From Camelus dromedarius (Eukaryota), in NCBI RefSeq assembly GCF_036321535.1, contig NC_087436.1, positions 38,070,001 to 38,134,000 of the forward strand: DNA of 64,000 nucleotides, read 5' to 3'. Made by a program: the position numbers and the translations under genes. The notes beneath the pieces were generated by a model. That model ran no database searches and was not told where the DNA came from. It worked only from the letters and a program-made list of their open reading frames with translations. Every line of letters starts with the position of its first letter. The first letter of the stretch is position 1. This document shows positions 11,661-25,534 of the stretch, one piece after another.

Positions 11661-13129
11661 CCCACTCACTCACTTAACTATGACATTTCACTTGCTTATC
11701 TCTTGCAGATTCATTTGCTACAACGTTTCTGTAATTCTTACTTGATTTATTTGTATATTTAATTTGCTTGCTCTTTTTCATGAATACAGAACTGGAAAAA
11801 TTTCAAAAGTACAAACCGGGTCCTTAATGATAGGAGTATTAGTTTTTCTTAGACTACAATTATGCACTCTGTCTGCTATGTAGGTACTCCGGAGAGAAAA
11901 TGGTATACATTATATCCTTAAATTCTGCTAAAGGGAAAAAACTATAATTTTGCAAAGCAAGGATATGGCCACCCTGTGGCTTTTCCATTAAAAGACTATT
12001 GAAAGGCAATTTAATTCAGTTTGACTGCAGTTGAGCATCTTAATAGTTGTAATAAAGTCGTAAGAATACTCATTGTCTCCACATAATCTCAATAGCTCCC
12101 TCTAGAATTTTAGGGAAAATATTTAAAATTAGCAGTTTACTTTCAAGTTTTCTTTTTGGTGAAGGTTCAGGGTACCCTAAATCATGTATTCATAACCTTT
12201 AAAAATATATTTTAATTAATAAGGAATTACTAAGTGCAAAGAAACACACAACCAATATCCATGAATGTGTAAAATTGTTGTTGTTTTTTTTTTCCCAATT
12301 GAGGTACGAAGTTAAATTGGGAAAGTTTTTATAACGGAACATTATTTTTTAAGAAAAGTAATATAGTATAGTACTGGAGGGGATGAGAGATAATAGAATC
12401 CCACTTTAATGAATAACACCATTAATAGTCATTTTATAACAAGGCCATTTCTGTATCCAAAATGCTTGTAATAGCACTATATTGCTGATACAGGAATTAC
12501 ACTTTCTGTTTGAAAGAGAAATTAAATATTAACAGACAGACTTTTACCCCAATTAGTTTTGGAGCAATTTTATGGAAATGGAGGCCTTCAAGCATTCTTT
12601 ATTTGTACACAACATTAATAAAGAGACCATCAGTTTACATAATTGGGACTTCGTAGTTAGCTATTAGGCATCAAAGAGGCTGGCTTAGGCATCGAGCCTC
12701 TGGCTGAGTGCCATGAAGCCTGCACCTCGATGGCTAATTTGTCTTGAGCTGCTCAGGAAACCAAATTCAGACCACTCTGTTTTCTAATGAAAAACGTTAA
12801 TTTACAATGAGAAAATATAATTAATTATCAAACATGGGCCTAAATTACTAAATTCATTTCCTTTTCTTTGAGAAATTAAACAAAAATTGGAAGATGATTC
12901 AATTAATATAAAGTCAGAATAAAGAATGTAAGATGCTTGTTAATAATTCAGCAAGCTGTGAATATCCCAGTGAGCTATTCTTCTCAGTTATAGAGAAGTA
13001 GGTGCCAAGGGCACTGCAAACTGCTAGTGTCTGCTGAAGAAACTAGAGCTAGTAAGTCCCTATACAAGTTGACAAATTCCTACACTTTTAACCGCCCTTT
13101 TTCTAGAAAGTCAGGATAATATAACAATG

Positions 13130-14040
13130 TATTTTTCTAACATATCATTATGACAATTTTCAAGAATACAGCAAAATTAAAAAATCTTTACAATAAACTC
13201 CAAAATACTTACCACTGGGGTACCACTAATATTCTGCCATGTTTTGTTTTTATCACATCTGTATCCAATATTCAAATAAAAAAGAATATATACTGTACTA
13301 CACTATATAATTTCAGAAGTGCAGGCTAAGGTAATCTACCATGTTAGAATTCAGGATACCGTAAATTCTGGGTGGAGAAGAGTGGCTGGAAAGAGCTATA
13401 GGGAAATTTTAGGGGTGTAATAGTGTTTTGTTTCTTGATGGTGGTTTCACAGGGGTGTTCAATTTGTGAAAATTCACTCAGTGCATATGTATGATTTGTG
13501 CAGTTTTCTGAATATTTGTTATAATTCAACAAACAGCCAACACAAAACAAAACTCTTATAAAGAGATTAAACTCATACAGTAAAAGTCAGAGTAGAAACC
13601 AAACAGAAAAAAATCTCATATATCTTGCTTATGAGAGATGTTCAAAGCAGCCTAAAACTGAGAACGGGAAATAAAAGGGTAAAAAGAGATAAACAAAATA
13701 CAAATCAAAAGAAAACTAGTACGCTCATTTTTCTAGCAATTGGTCTGGCCTATCCAGGATTAGATATTCTAAATTTACGTTAGCCTACATACACACACAT
13801 ACACACATGCACACAAATACACACACACACACATGAAACATTTTGATAAGTCAGGTAGGTTAAAAATTAGTAAAGATATCAAGCTGAACATCTACTAGAG
13901 AACATTCATTCTTCGTAAACATGCAACATGTACAAAATAATCATATATTAACCGTAAAACAAGAATGTCAATCAATCTCAAATAGTCAGTAAATGAAAGA
14001 CGGCATTCTCTGATCACAACACAAATGGATTTCACAAATC
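13130..14040. mobile_element. cluster of old LINE-1 fragments (minus-strand 3' end ~13130-13270, plus-strand 3' end ~13280-13535, plus-strand ORF2 remnants to ~14040)
   Basis: 'atatactgtactacactatataa...aatctaccatgttagaattcagga...tgtgaaaattcactcagtgc' L1ME terminus, and 'cattctctgatcacaac' ORF2 endonuclease motif. Confidence 0.6.
13787..13833. repeat. imperfect (CA)n microsatellite
   Basis: Directly visible. Confidence 0.9.
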
Positions 14041-14059
14041 CCATTTTTAAATCACCACA

Positions 14060-15040
14060 ACAGATCTCTGTTCAGAATACCATATATTCTTTTATTCAAC
14101 TGCCCCCTCAGCATAATTACTTGAATGACAAATAGACATCTCATACACAGCCTGGCTCAAAGTGAACACCTAATCTCCCCTCCAGACTAACTCCACTCGT
14201 AGGTTTCCCTGTCTTCAGGTTCTTAGGCCAAAAGACTTACAATCATTCTTGTCTCCCCTTTCTCTTAACCCCACATCCAGTGTGGGAGGAAATCCTAAGG
14301 ACTCTACTTTGTAAAAATATATCCCAGATAAGACTGGTTCTCATCACCTACACTGCAATTGCCCTAATGTAAGCCACCATCTTCTATCACATTACCTTCT
14401 AACAGATCTACCCTTGTCCCACTGTGGTCTATTTTCAACACGGCAGCCAACACCATCTCTTTTGAGGCAAGCTGGATCCTGTCACCACTTGTCAAAACCC
14501 TGCAGAGCCTCCCCCACTTCATTCAGAAGAAAAGCCTTACAATGGTCTATGAGGCTCTCATAGTCTACCCCTCCATTACCTCTCCAATCGCCAATCCTTC
14601 TACTCTCCAGCCACCTTTCTAGTCCCTAGGATGCACTCAGCACGCACTGCTCTTAGGACTGATGCTCCAGGTCTTCCCTTTGCCTAGAACTCTCTTCTTT
14701 CAGAAACACCTTTGGTGATGGCCTCACTGTTTTCAAGCCTTTCTTAAAATTTCTCCTTCTTACTGAGACCCCATTACAAACTTATTTTATACTGCAAGCT
14801 TATTCCCAGGCCTTGTGGCACTCTTGATTCCATGAACCTGAGTTAATTATCTTTGGAAATATCATGTATCACCTGCTAAAATATTACATATTTGACATAT
14901 TTATCACACATTTAAAAAAATTATGTCTCCCTCCACTGGAACAAAGGCAGGGATTTTTTCTGGTTTATGCGCTGAGAAATCTCTAATGGGCCAGACAGTG
15001 CCTGGCACGTAGCAGATGTTCAGCATGGATTTGGTGGATA
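14060..15040 (+). mobile_element. L2 LINE 3' region (L2a-like)
   Basis: 'gacatctca...caatcattcttgtctcc...aagccaccatc...cacggcagcc...cagtgcctggcacgtagcagatgttcag' typical L2 3' sequence. Confidence 0.85.
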
Positions 15041-15548
15041 TCACAGCTTGTGAGATGCAGCGAAAACACTCAACAACCCAAATGCCGCCAACATGCTTAT
15101 TTTAGGGAAGAAAGATGGGAAATAAACATGCTGAGTATGTAACACTGTGGTTTCCAGCCCAGATTCTGACCCAATTTTCCTGGTTATCTTCACTTGGATA
15201 TATCTCACTTCACCTAAAATCGTCATATGCAAAAGAGGAGTCATCATTGTCCAGCTCTTCTTGTATTCCTCATACAGTATTAGAATCAGCATTCAGAGTG
15301 ATCTCTGGTGGAAGCCTATAGATACATTCTTGTCTCCACTCTCTCCCTGACCCATTCACCCAAATGATAAGCAATATTTGCAAATTTGCATTCCTTAACA
15401 TCTCTCAAATCCACTTATATTTTCATACTGCTATGTCCAAGAACCAAGATCCACTTACGGCATTTCTCACCTGTTTTGCTCACTGCTTTTGTAACTGTTC
15501 TTGTCTCCAACCCAAATCTCTGCTATAATCCACTCTCTACATGGTACC

Positions 15549-15954
15549 TGCTGTGGGATAAATTGTGTCCCCTCAAGTTCATATGTTGAATTCTTAACCT
15601 CCAGTGCCTCGGAGTGTGACCTTATTTGGAGATGGGGTCTTTATGGAAGTAATCAAGTTAAAATGAGGTCATGAGGGTGGACCCTAATCTAGTAAGACCA
15701 GTGTCTTTATAAAAAGGGAACTGGACATGGAAATGGTATAGAGGGAAGATGATATGAAGAGATACAGGGAGAAGACAGCCACCTACAAGGCAAAGAGAGA
15801 GACCTGGAACAGATGTTCCCACCCTAGCCCCAGAAGGAACTAACTCAGCCAACACCTTGGTTTTCACTTCTAGTCTCCAGAACTGTGAGGAAAATAAATT
15901 TATGTTGTTAAAGCCATTCAGTCCATGGTACTTTGTTGGAGCAGCCCTAATATA
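15549..15954 (+). mobile_element. MaLR solo LTR (MLT1B-like), inserted in an L2 remnant
   Basis: 'tgctgtgggataaattgtgtcccc...atgttgaa...gtgaccttatttggagat...ctccagaactgtgag...aataaattt...gcagcccta'. 5-bp TSD gtacc (15544-48) / gtagc (15955-59). Confidence 0.92.
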
Positions 15955-16784
15955 GTAGCTAATAATTATTTTAAAAATATATTTTGAATATCTTTCAATT
16001 ATTTAATAGCTACTGTTGTTACAAAAATACAAAGACTTCATCCTTACTGTGGCTTTCAGCACTCTGTATCTCATTTCTCCCTCTCACCCTTCTTCCTATC
16101 CCCCTGCACCCGGGATCTGTCACAGCAAGACCAGCAACCACCACAGGGATAGAGGGTGAAAAACATATCTCTACAGATGGGTACAATTTTCCCCACTGAG
16201 CAGCCTTCCACTTTATTTAAGAATAGTCAAACTAAACAAGTATCTGAACATCTTGTCTCAAATAATAATCTGAAGGATAAGAAATGTCACATTCATAAAG
16301 ATTTTCTCCTTTTACAATGTGATCACAAGATTCCTTAAAGCAGCAGGTTCCTAAGGGTGTAGTTTACAGGTCGTGGAATAGTTCACAGGAGAAAAACCTA
16401 AAAACTGAAGTGGCTAAGATGCTGCTGATTGTCAAATGGAAATTAAAATTAAGCAAACATATAATTATAAGAAATAATAAATAATCAGATGCATGTCCTT
16501 TAAAATGTTTTAAACCAAACATAAATCTGAAACACTGAAATATTCTACTATCTAGTTGAAAATGACACACCTGCCACCCACCACAACACTTCTGTACCTT
16601 CATCCCTCTAAACACCCCAGCTACAAATGTTTGCACATGCCACATCTGCCTATAATGGAATCATCTTCTCTTTACTGTGTCATGCCCATACCAACTAGGT
16701 ATTCTTCATTTTCCTCCAAGCAGATTAGCTCCTTCCTCTAGATGTCTCAGTTGGACACTCCTGAGCCCGGGTTAGATAGCTATC

Positions 16785-17740
16785 ATCCCTTAATCAAATA
16801 TTCCCAGAAGACCTACTTAAGTGTCAAGCCTGTGACAGGAGCTAAGGATCCAGTAATGAAGACAGAAATGGCACTGCTTTGGAAAGCTTATAGACTAGTG
16901 ATGGAGTTGGGAAAACAAGGTGAGTAAACCAAAGAGAGGCCATACAGTTGACCCTTGAACAATGCAGAGGGGTTAAGGGGTGCTTACCCTCTACACAGTC
17001 CAAAATCCATAATTTATAGTCTGCACTCCATATATGTTGTTCCTCCATATTCATGGTTCTGAATTCAGATTCAACCAATGGTTGATCCTGCAGTATTGCA
17101 GTAACTACTATTGAAAAAAATCTGAGTATAAGTGGACCCATGCAGTTCAAATCCATGTTGTCCACAGGTCAATTGTATTCAGTGACTGTGATCGGTGTGG
17201 CCTGTTAACAATGAAGATGTTGCAATATAAGCTGAGATTTGAAGGTTTAGTAGCACGAGAAGATGCTAGCAGTTAGAAATGCTGAAGGGAAAATGTTCTA
17301 AACTAATACATTAGTTAATTTAGGATTAATTAGATTATTATACATTTATATATTATACATGGATACATTATTAATCTAAATTAATAAATTTAGAATTTAT
17401 GAGAATAAAAGTGGTATTTAAAACCATAGGACTGGATGTGGTAACCTATGAAAGGAACGTATATACATGAAGAGAGACAGACAGCAAATAGAGGCAGAGG
17501 GAGAGAGACAGAGAGAGAAGTAGCAAGAGGGGAAATGAGAACAGTGCTCAAGAGTAAACCTTGAGGAAAACTAGCATTTAGAGGTTGGGAAGAAGAAAAA
17601 GAACTAGCAAAAAAATCTAAGGCAAAATGTTCTCTGAAGCAGGAGAAAATCCAAGAGCCCATGATGTCACAGACAGGAGGATATTTCAATGGGGAATGAG
17701 TGTTCTGCTACGTCAAATACAACTGGGACTTTGTGTAAGA
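16785..17740 (-). mobile_element. L2 LINE fragments, interrupted by MER8 and an AT-rich patch
   Basis: 'acctacttaagtgtcaagcctgtgacaggagctaaggatccagtaatgaagac' and 'gtggtatttaaaaccataggactggatg...gtcaaatac' reverse-strand L2 patterns. Confidence 0.7.
16945..17175 (+). mobile_element. MER8-like Tigger (Tc1/mariner) MITE
   Basis: TIRs cagttgacccttgaacaa / ttgtccacaggtcaattg, with TA duplications at 16943-44 and 17176-77. Length 231 bp. Confidence 0.9.
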
Positions 17741-20700
17741 CGCAGACAATTCACAGTATCTGAAAGCGAGTCCTTGAAAGAACTCTTCTGAGACTCCAGC
17801 CCAGGGCTTTGGACAAACATCGAGCAGCACTTTGTACTAGGCTGTATTCAACGTCAAGTGCCTGGAGTGGGCCTGTCAGCTAATCACACACCCACAGGCC
17901 TCGCAGATATTTGTGTTGATTTTTTTGAAAGTGCATAAAAAGGCTAAGTAAATGCCTCAAGACAACTCCAAGATTCTCCTTTGAAATGTGTTTGCAATCA
18001 ACTTCAGCGAACAAATGAATGGGCTTAAATTCTGCTCCATAGAGCCTGGCTGTAAAAACCACACGTCTGCAGATTCGAATGCTGGTGCCTTGAAGACTAA
18101 TACTGTGTTCAAGCATAGTAGGTTAAAAAGGGATAAACTCAGGCAGTAATTTTGGTTGGCAAAACACGTTTTTAAGCAGGATACTTTGCTTGATACTGTA
18201 GTACAAAACTGAGTATCTGCTTAAATTTAATTTTTTAAAAAAATCAAGTAGCCACATTCTAAGTAGCAGAGGAACAAGCTGGGAGGAAAGGCTTGTAGTA
18301 TTCATTGGTGGGAAAGGGAGGTTAGAAAAAAGGCTCATTACTTTTGGCCTTTCTTCTCCCTGTGTCCCACGGTGTGACAGTGTGACTTTCTTAAGGCTTC
18401 TTCCAAAGCTTTTCCTCATAGTCTTAACAGCCATCATTCACATAGTAGTGTAGTACTTTGTCAATTCAGCACAAGTACTGAGGATATTTTCAGATGCAGT
18501 CGTCCATCTTTCCCTTCCTGGCCAACTACTTTTGTGTCGCAGTGGCTTTGCATTTGCCGAGGTTCGGATACAACAAAATTTAATTTCACTCAAGCCAATT
18601 CAAACGTGATTCTACTTGCAAATATCTCCTGGGATTTTGGTGAAAAAAGAAATAATTAAAAAATCATGTAAACGTAGAGGACATTGTAACATAGACGATG
18701 TTTCCTGCAAGTTTCCTTACAATCGTTTGCCATATATATATTTTTTTGTCAGAAATTGGTGCTACTCTAACAAAGGTAATAAGCACAGAAGGAAATGTTC
18801 ATGCAGTTTTAGAATTCGTGTCTCATAGAAGCTTAGGTTAAATGTAACTCTTACTGAGCAAAATCTATGAATCACACTGAAATCTTAGAACATTTCTGAT
18901 TATGAAGATAAGAATAGATGGCAGATCGGAGAAGATGGTAGATCAGGGGAAGATATTGGTTAAAAGTAGTCTGTTGGATACATTCCACCTTCCCAGAGAA
19001 CCAGAATCAAATCTTGTGTCCAGAACTTGTTCATCTAGTATTTAGGGACATTTCTCTGCAAAATCTGAGCACGGTGGAAGGACAGTGAGTGTGGCTATAC
19101 CTGGAAGGCTGTTTTTCCCCCTAGTTTTGTATGTATCTGAAGTAAGAAACTGAGGGGTTACATGGATATTCTTTTCCCTCAGAGATTCACAAGGAAGCAT
19201 GACTATAGTCTAAAGCTTGGAGAGACACTAAAGGTAAGGATACAGTATTTGTTTTAAATATAGAATTTCAAACATTCTTATGGCGAAGTATAGATGATGT
19301 TTTCATTATGAGGTGCCAAGCAAGTTTCACAAAGAGAAATGTGTGCAGTATCTTTAAAATGGTTACTTCAGCACATATCCTCCTGGGGACCCCTATTCTA
19401 CTTGGAATTACCCCTAAGACCAATTGTTCCGTTTTCATATCAAACACTTCATTCCATAAGGGGTCCACAATTTTCTATTGCCAAGTGAGTTAATCTTTCA
19501 CTCATATTTCCACAGATGTGAGATAATATCAAATGGGAGGAAAAATAAAACCAAGTGGTCTCCAGAAGTGGATGTGATTTTTATAAGCATGAGAAGTACA
19601 ATATATGTTTAATACCCCAATATTTCTTTGAGTTCACTTTTCAGCGTAAGCTCACACATGTGTTCAAGGGTGAGATGATGTCATTTTGCTAGAGAAGAAA
19701 TTGACAGGTCTGTTCATTGACATTATAAAGGTGCAAAATGATAAAAAAAAATTAGACTTACTTAAATTGTGTCTTTTAGAAGATACATATCAGAATAAAT
19801 GAAGAAAGACAATGTCATGTTACATCATTGCCCATTATTTTACTCGTGAGGTATCTTAGCATTCATTTTGAAGTAGCTGCATTCTCTTTTAGATAGGGAA
19901 AACTGAAGAAGAAAAGTAATAGATATTTTGACCAGATTTTTCCAAGGAGAGTGAAACTGTGTTTCCACAGTGGCTCAGAGGTAGACTTGTGATGTCAGAA
20001 ACAGAAAACATCCGTGACCTCTCTCGGCATTAGTGAATTGCATGAGATGGTTTCTGTACCATGAAGTCAAAACGCTGTGTGGTATGTAACTGGAGAAGAT
20101 AATTTGGAAGACTGCATTTCCTTTGATTAGAGGTAACTTTATAAAGGGATGAAGCGTGGAAATTTTCTCCAAATATTGTAATGGGAGTAAAATGCTGAGT
20201 CTACAGAATCAGTACAGTAGTGCCCACCAAGCACTACTGTATCAGTGATGCTACTGTGGCTGATGGCTACGTCCTCAGGCTAATAATGGTCATATCAAGT
20301 TTGAACATTGCTACTTGGAGGATTACATTTCCAAAATGCTTTGGGAAACTTAAGTGGTTTTCACAGCATCACAACACTTGATAAATGGAAAGTAAAGCAT
20401 AAATCCAAATAAGGTATTTAGAAATAGCTTAGCATCTACTCACAGCTTGGCTGCTCATCTCAGTATCCATCACTAACCAACATAGGCTGCAGGACTTTCT
20501 GGTCTTTTCTATCAACTGCAATTCCATTTAGAATTTGATTTGTTTCCTTTAAGCTGAGAATGCTCTCTGAGCAGCTCATGGATTCAGGAAAACTAATCTG
20601 ACCTTCTGTACAGGCTAGGAAGCTGCCTCACAAAATATTCCAGATGGAAGTGATGAAATTATGTTTTAAAGGAGGGATAAAACAAGAAATGAGTTGGAAT

Positions 20701-21109
20701 ATTATAGTGTTTCTTCCATGAGAAGCAGACCTTATGCATGTTTCTGTGCATGTGTGACATACTTTTATACTCTATGCCTCATGGAACCTACATATAGAAG
20801 TTGGTCATAGCAGGACACAGTTGCTTCTTTCTAAGGATATAGTGACACATATTCTGGTTCATTTTTACTTAAAGATAGAGATAAAATGGAATTTGCTCAT
20901 ATTCTGGCTGCAATGATTTACAATCCTTATTTTAGACTGAAATAACACATAAGCTTGAAAACTTTTGACTATTTCCATCTTGTAATTCTTCCCTTCAGAT
21001 TGCTGTTTGGCAAGCAGAGACCAAAATTTACCAAGAAACTAAAAAGAAAAAACACAGAAGTGAGAGAAATTGACACTCTATAAATTTAAAACCCACCTTG
21101 CCTTAAATG

Positions 21110-22060
21110 GCCAAATCCAAATCCTGTGGCCTTTATGTCCTTAAAATCTGTAGAATCTATCACTTGCTGTTCATCCTGATTATCACTATCTGACTCAGTT
21201 ACCGTCTCTTCTTGCCTGGAACACTACCGGCCTGGATGGATCCCTTTGTCTTCTCCACGCTGCCACCAGAAGGATCCCCGCAGAAATGCAACACTGGTCA
21301 AGTAGTCCCCCACTTCTCTGTGTTTTATTATGAAATCAAGACTCCCTGGCTTGGCACTGAAGACCATTTGTGACTTGTTTCCTGTCGACCTCTACGTTAT
21401 CAGATCTTGCCCATCTCTAATTTCTCCTTAAGCTCCAAGTGCTCCAAAATGCTTGCCATTCCTTCATTGGGTTCACCTTGATCCTGACGCTTTCTACCTG
21501 CTGGTAGCTCCCTCCTGCTCCAAAAAGACAATCACAATGAAATGACCTGTGAGTCTTATGCATATTTCCTTATTCTAAATGTCATACCATCTCTCAGCCG
21601 TTTCTTGGCTCTTCCTACCTCCTCATATCTTAAGAAGAATTAGGCAACAGGCAGTAGTAGAGAGAACATGGGGTCTGAAGTTTGATAAATTTGGCTTGGA
21701 ACTCTCACCACACCATTTTCTAGCTATGCAATATGGGCCAAGTTCCAAGATTTCCATGAGCTCAATTTCTGAGTCCCAAGACGGTTGTAAAAATTAAATG
21801 AGGTTTTGTATGTAAAATGATTGTCCAATGCCTAGAACGCAACAGGAATTCAACGTTCACTCCCCTCTACCCCTGCCCTTTATCTCTATTTTTCTGGAGC
21901 AACTTATATATACATCTCTAATGTGTTATTTATCACATCGATCATGGTTCCTGGAATGCAACATCTTTGACGATAAGGACTATTTAGTATTTATCTCTAT
22001 ATACCCACTGGCTCACAGAATGTCTGCACATATTAGGCACTTAAAACTTGTGGTATGAAT
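21110..22060 (+). mobile_element. L2 LINE fragments (interrupted by MIR)
   Basis: 'tctcttcttgcctgga...ctccacgctgccaccaga' and 3' end 'cacagaatgtctgcacatattaggcacttaaaa...gaataa'. Confidence 0.7.
21645..21862 (+). mobile_element. MIR SINE
   Basis: 'agtagtagagagaacatggggtctgaagt...ccattttctagctatgcaatatgggccaagtt...ctcaatttc...aattaaatgag'. Confidence 0.8.
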
Positions 22061-22644
22061 AAACTTATAATCCATTGCTCACATATATGTATGAAGATAT
22101 TAACTATTACAAGGCTACATGTCTGTAAATAAATGAGGGAACCGTCAATATTTTATCAATAATTATTTTCTATGTGTTAGGGGAGCAAATAGAGGACTTA
22201 AGAATAATGGAAAACCAGAATACTAGATTTTGAAATTGAAGATCTCTAGAATCTCCAAATTGTACTCGAATGAAAGTTGCTCTGAAACTCAGTCGAATCA
22301 TGCAGCTGACTATAAGGCTATCCCACAATCTTGTTTTCTGGTGAAAGAAAATATAGAAAACAAAGTATAGTTCATTGATAGGGGGTCAAAAGTGTTATTG
22401 ATAGGAATGTATTCTTGATAGGAAAAGCTTGTGACCATTTAAACAAAACAAGCTCATCAAATTTGAGACGCATAATTGTAAAACTACATGTACAAGCTGC
22501 ATATTTAAAATAAATATTGGTTAGAAGGCTATGTTATACTGAGCACTGCTAAAATAGAAGACACAGACTATATAAAATATTTTTACAGAGGAGTACCAAA
22601 ACAAAAATCAGGACTCACCAGTGTTCATTATGCACTCAAAAAAA

Positions 22645-23840
22645 TCAATCAACCAATATTTATTAAGTACCTACTGTAGTTACATAATGCTAGCGTTGGA
22701 ATGTTTGAAGAGGACATAGGCATTGTTCTCACAGAGCTTGTGTTCTGATGATGGAGACAGACAATTAGCTAGCAAACAAATAAAGATAGTAACTGTAAGT
22801 TGCAGAAATATTTGTATAAAATAAAAAGTGCTATCTATGATAGATATAAAGTGGGACAAATCTATTTATAGTGGGCCTCTCTGAGAAGTTGACTTCTCAA
22901 AGAGAAGCTGATAACTGAATAAGTAAGTCAGGACAACTATGGGAGTGACGGGGGTTGGGGGGTCCTTATTTTGGACACAGAAAGGACTAACGCTTGGAAG
23001 CAGGAAGGACTTAGAACGTTCTATCAGTGGCCAGAAGGCCAGCATCCCTGGAAAATAAAGAACAAGAGGCAGGGTAGCACCAGATGGGTTTACAGAGGTA
23101 TGCAGAGGCCAGTTACCAGTGCCTTATAGGCTATGGTAAGAAGAAAGAGTTTTATTTTAGGTGCAAAGACAAAAAAAAAAAAAAAAAAAAGGAAATATTT
23201 TAAACAAAGGAATAATTTATTTAATTTTCATTTTAAAGAGATCACTCTGGCTTCTGTGTGGTGAGAGCAAGAGTAGAAGCCAGAGTCCAGAAAAAAAGCA
23301 GTCACTGCTCTCACAGAGATGAAGGATCGGATGGAGATGTGCGGCAGGGAGGGGCAGAGAGCCCGTGGATTGAGATACTCTTGGAAGTAACAGGGATTGT
23401 TGCTGAGGAGGATATAGGAAAGGGAGATTGGCTGGAGCAACGAGATGGATGGTGAGGTCATTTTCTGAGGCCGAGAAGCCAAGAGGAACAAGCAGGCTGG
23501 AGTAGGGAATAGGACAAACAGTTCTGTTTTGGTCCAGTTTGAGGAGTGTATGCCTACAAGTAAGCAGATTTCAACATCAGAGTCTAAAAGAAGTGGTTCT
23601 GGGCTGAAGTTCCCTACATGTGTGTCATTGGAACACATATGGTCATTGAAACCACAATAATAAAGGGAAAGGAGAGCCCAGGGTTCCAAGATCAGTAGAG
23701 ATGGAGCCATCAAAGGACACTGAGGAACAGAAGCCAGAAGAGTGTCCTTCTGAGGAAGCCAAGGCAGGGTGACCCATACAACAAGAAGGAAACACAAGAA
23801 AGAGCAATCAGGAGCCCTATTCAGTCCTGTCATTGATGAA
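22645..23840 (-). mobile_element. L2 LINE 3' region (~1.2 kb)
   Basis: Starts 'atcaatcaaccaatatttattaagtacctact' (L2 tail), with 'aaagagatcactctggcttctgtgtgg' and 'agttctgttttgg...tttgagg'. Confidence 0.85.
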
Positions 23841-25449
23841 AGGGTTCTGAGACGTAAGCAGCTTGTGTTACATGGAACAAGGAGATTAAAGCAACTTTCG
23901 AAGGTTTCGTGCTATATATGACCAGAATGCAGAAAAAGAGAAGACTGGAGGTGCCACTGCCTTTAAAGAGTCTAAACGAGGAGTAGAAATTAATTTCCTT
24001 CTACATAATATTTAACAGATCAGAGAAAATGGCCCTGTAAATATTTTGCCAGGACACTGAAAATGTTGAACTAAAGGACACAGGTAATAATATTATAGAG
24101 CTCTTTTGACATTCTGACCTTGTTACACCATCAGAGATTTGACCTTTGGCCAGAACTTTTCTATGTCTAGGGGAGATTTTTAATTACCCAAGTTACTTCA
24201 AATACCACAATCTTGCTAACAGACAAAGTTTGGGCAATTCCACATAAAAGATGGCTCACTTCTGAAACGACTCCTTTTTCCAAAGCATTTACTCCTGGCA
24301 GTACCTGTGCTTTTGTGAGCCTAAGGCTAACTATCTGAAACTTGAGCTGCAAAGGCAGAACACCTCAGAATTCCGCTCTGATGAGGATTCTCAAATCACG
24401 ATTCTGATGATAATTAAGCTGTGAGGCATTCCCTGGAAAGTGAGTTGCCTGAGGTTATACAGATGATTCCAAGCTAAGGTAGACCGTGTGACTCCTGATT
24501 CCTCCTCTGATACTATAAACACCCCATCAGTTTCAATATTAAAATACAATTGCTACCACCTGGAGGAAAAGCCTAGGGGACTCAGAGGTCTTCAGTCTGA
24601 CTTGTGAACTCCGCATATTTTTCTTCTGTTTATCAGGCCCCCACAAAAGACAAAAATTCCCTTTGTTTTTCAATAGACTGGTCTTAAAAATTAACTTGCC
24701 TTCATAAGGTTGCTGAACATTGACATAGTTCTTTTTAATAGGCAAGACATTTTCTTTAGACGAGAGGTAGTAAAAATTTTTGAATGCCCTTGGCAGCTCT
24801 CTCCAGGAATATTTTAAAGTTTTCCACAAAAGTCAAGTGTTCAAATGAAAGATTTGCTTCAATTCACTGGCAGCGTATAGCTGTTTCACTGCAGAGTATT
24901 TGAGGTATACAAGCAATGAAATTTACAATGAAAATCTTTAAAGTAAAACCTAAAATTTTGAATGGGCAAATTTTCTTCTCTGGGATGGGGAAAGCTGGTT
25001 ATTGTGAATTTGGTGAAGACAGCCTCAAAAGAGTGAGCTGGGGAAGGGGGAGTATTTTCCACTGAGTCAAATTTGGAACAGGTGTGCATAGTAACATGGA
25101 TTCTATTGTGCACCCAGGAAATTCTTGGCGGTTGGCAAGGCTTCCAGGTAGCTCTTGTTCTTAGGACATCAGTAGTGGGACCAAATTTAAGGCAGATTCC
25201 TGGGTATCAGCTGGCTCTGCTTTCTACTTTTCTTTGAGCAGAAAATACAGGCTTAGCTTCAGTGTCTCAGGCAAACTTCTAGATGACTGCTAAGAGGGGA
25301 CAATTCAATATGATTCAGAACCTGCACAAAACCTGATCCACGGACCCACTGAAATTATCAAGTCCTTATTTAGCTTCCGTGACTCTTAGAAAAATATTAC
25401 GAAAGGGTGCCATGTAACTTTCTCATATTGCTGAATTTTCCAAATATAA

Positions 25450-25533
25450 TCAGGTCACATTCTGAGCTACTATTAGGTTTAGGACTTCAACATATAAATT
25501 TTTGGAGAAAGAGGACACAGTTCAACCCATAAC
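25450..25533 (-). mobile_element. MaLR LTR 5' fragment (MLT1A-C-like)
   Basis: Reverse complement reads 'gttatgggttgaactgtgtcc...tatatgttgaagtcctaa...agaatgtgacc'. Confidence 0.8.
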
Positions 25534-25534
25534 C

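Noticed and set aside
19959..20086. possible exon (tttccacag acceptor, gtatgt donor)
   Set aside because: All three frames contain stops, and splice-like motifs are common by chance. It cannot be supported without RNA data.
23228..23833. 201-aa minus-strand ORF
   Set aside because: Lies within a decayed L2 element, with no cellular protein similarity that I can recognise and no splice context.
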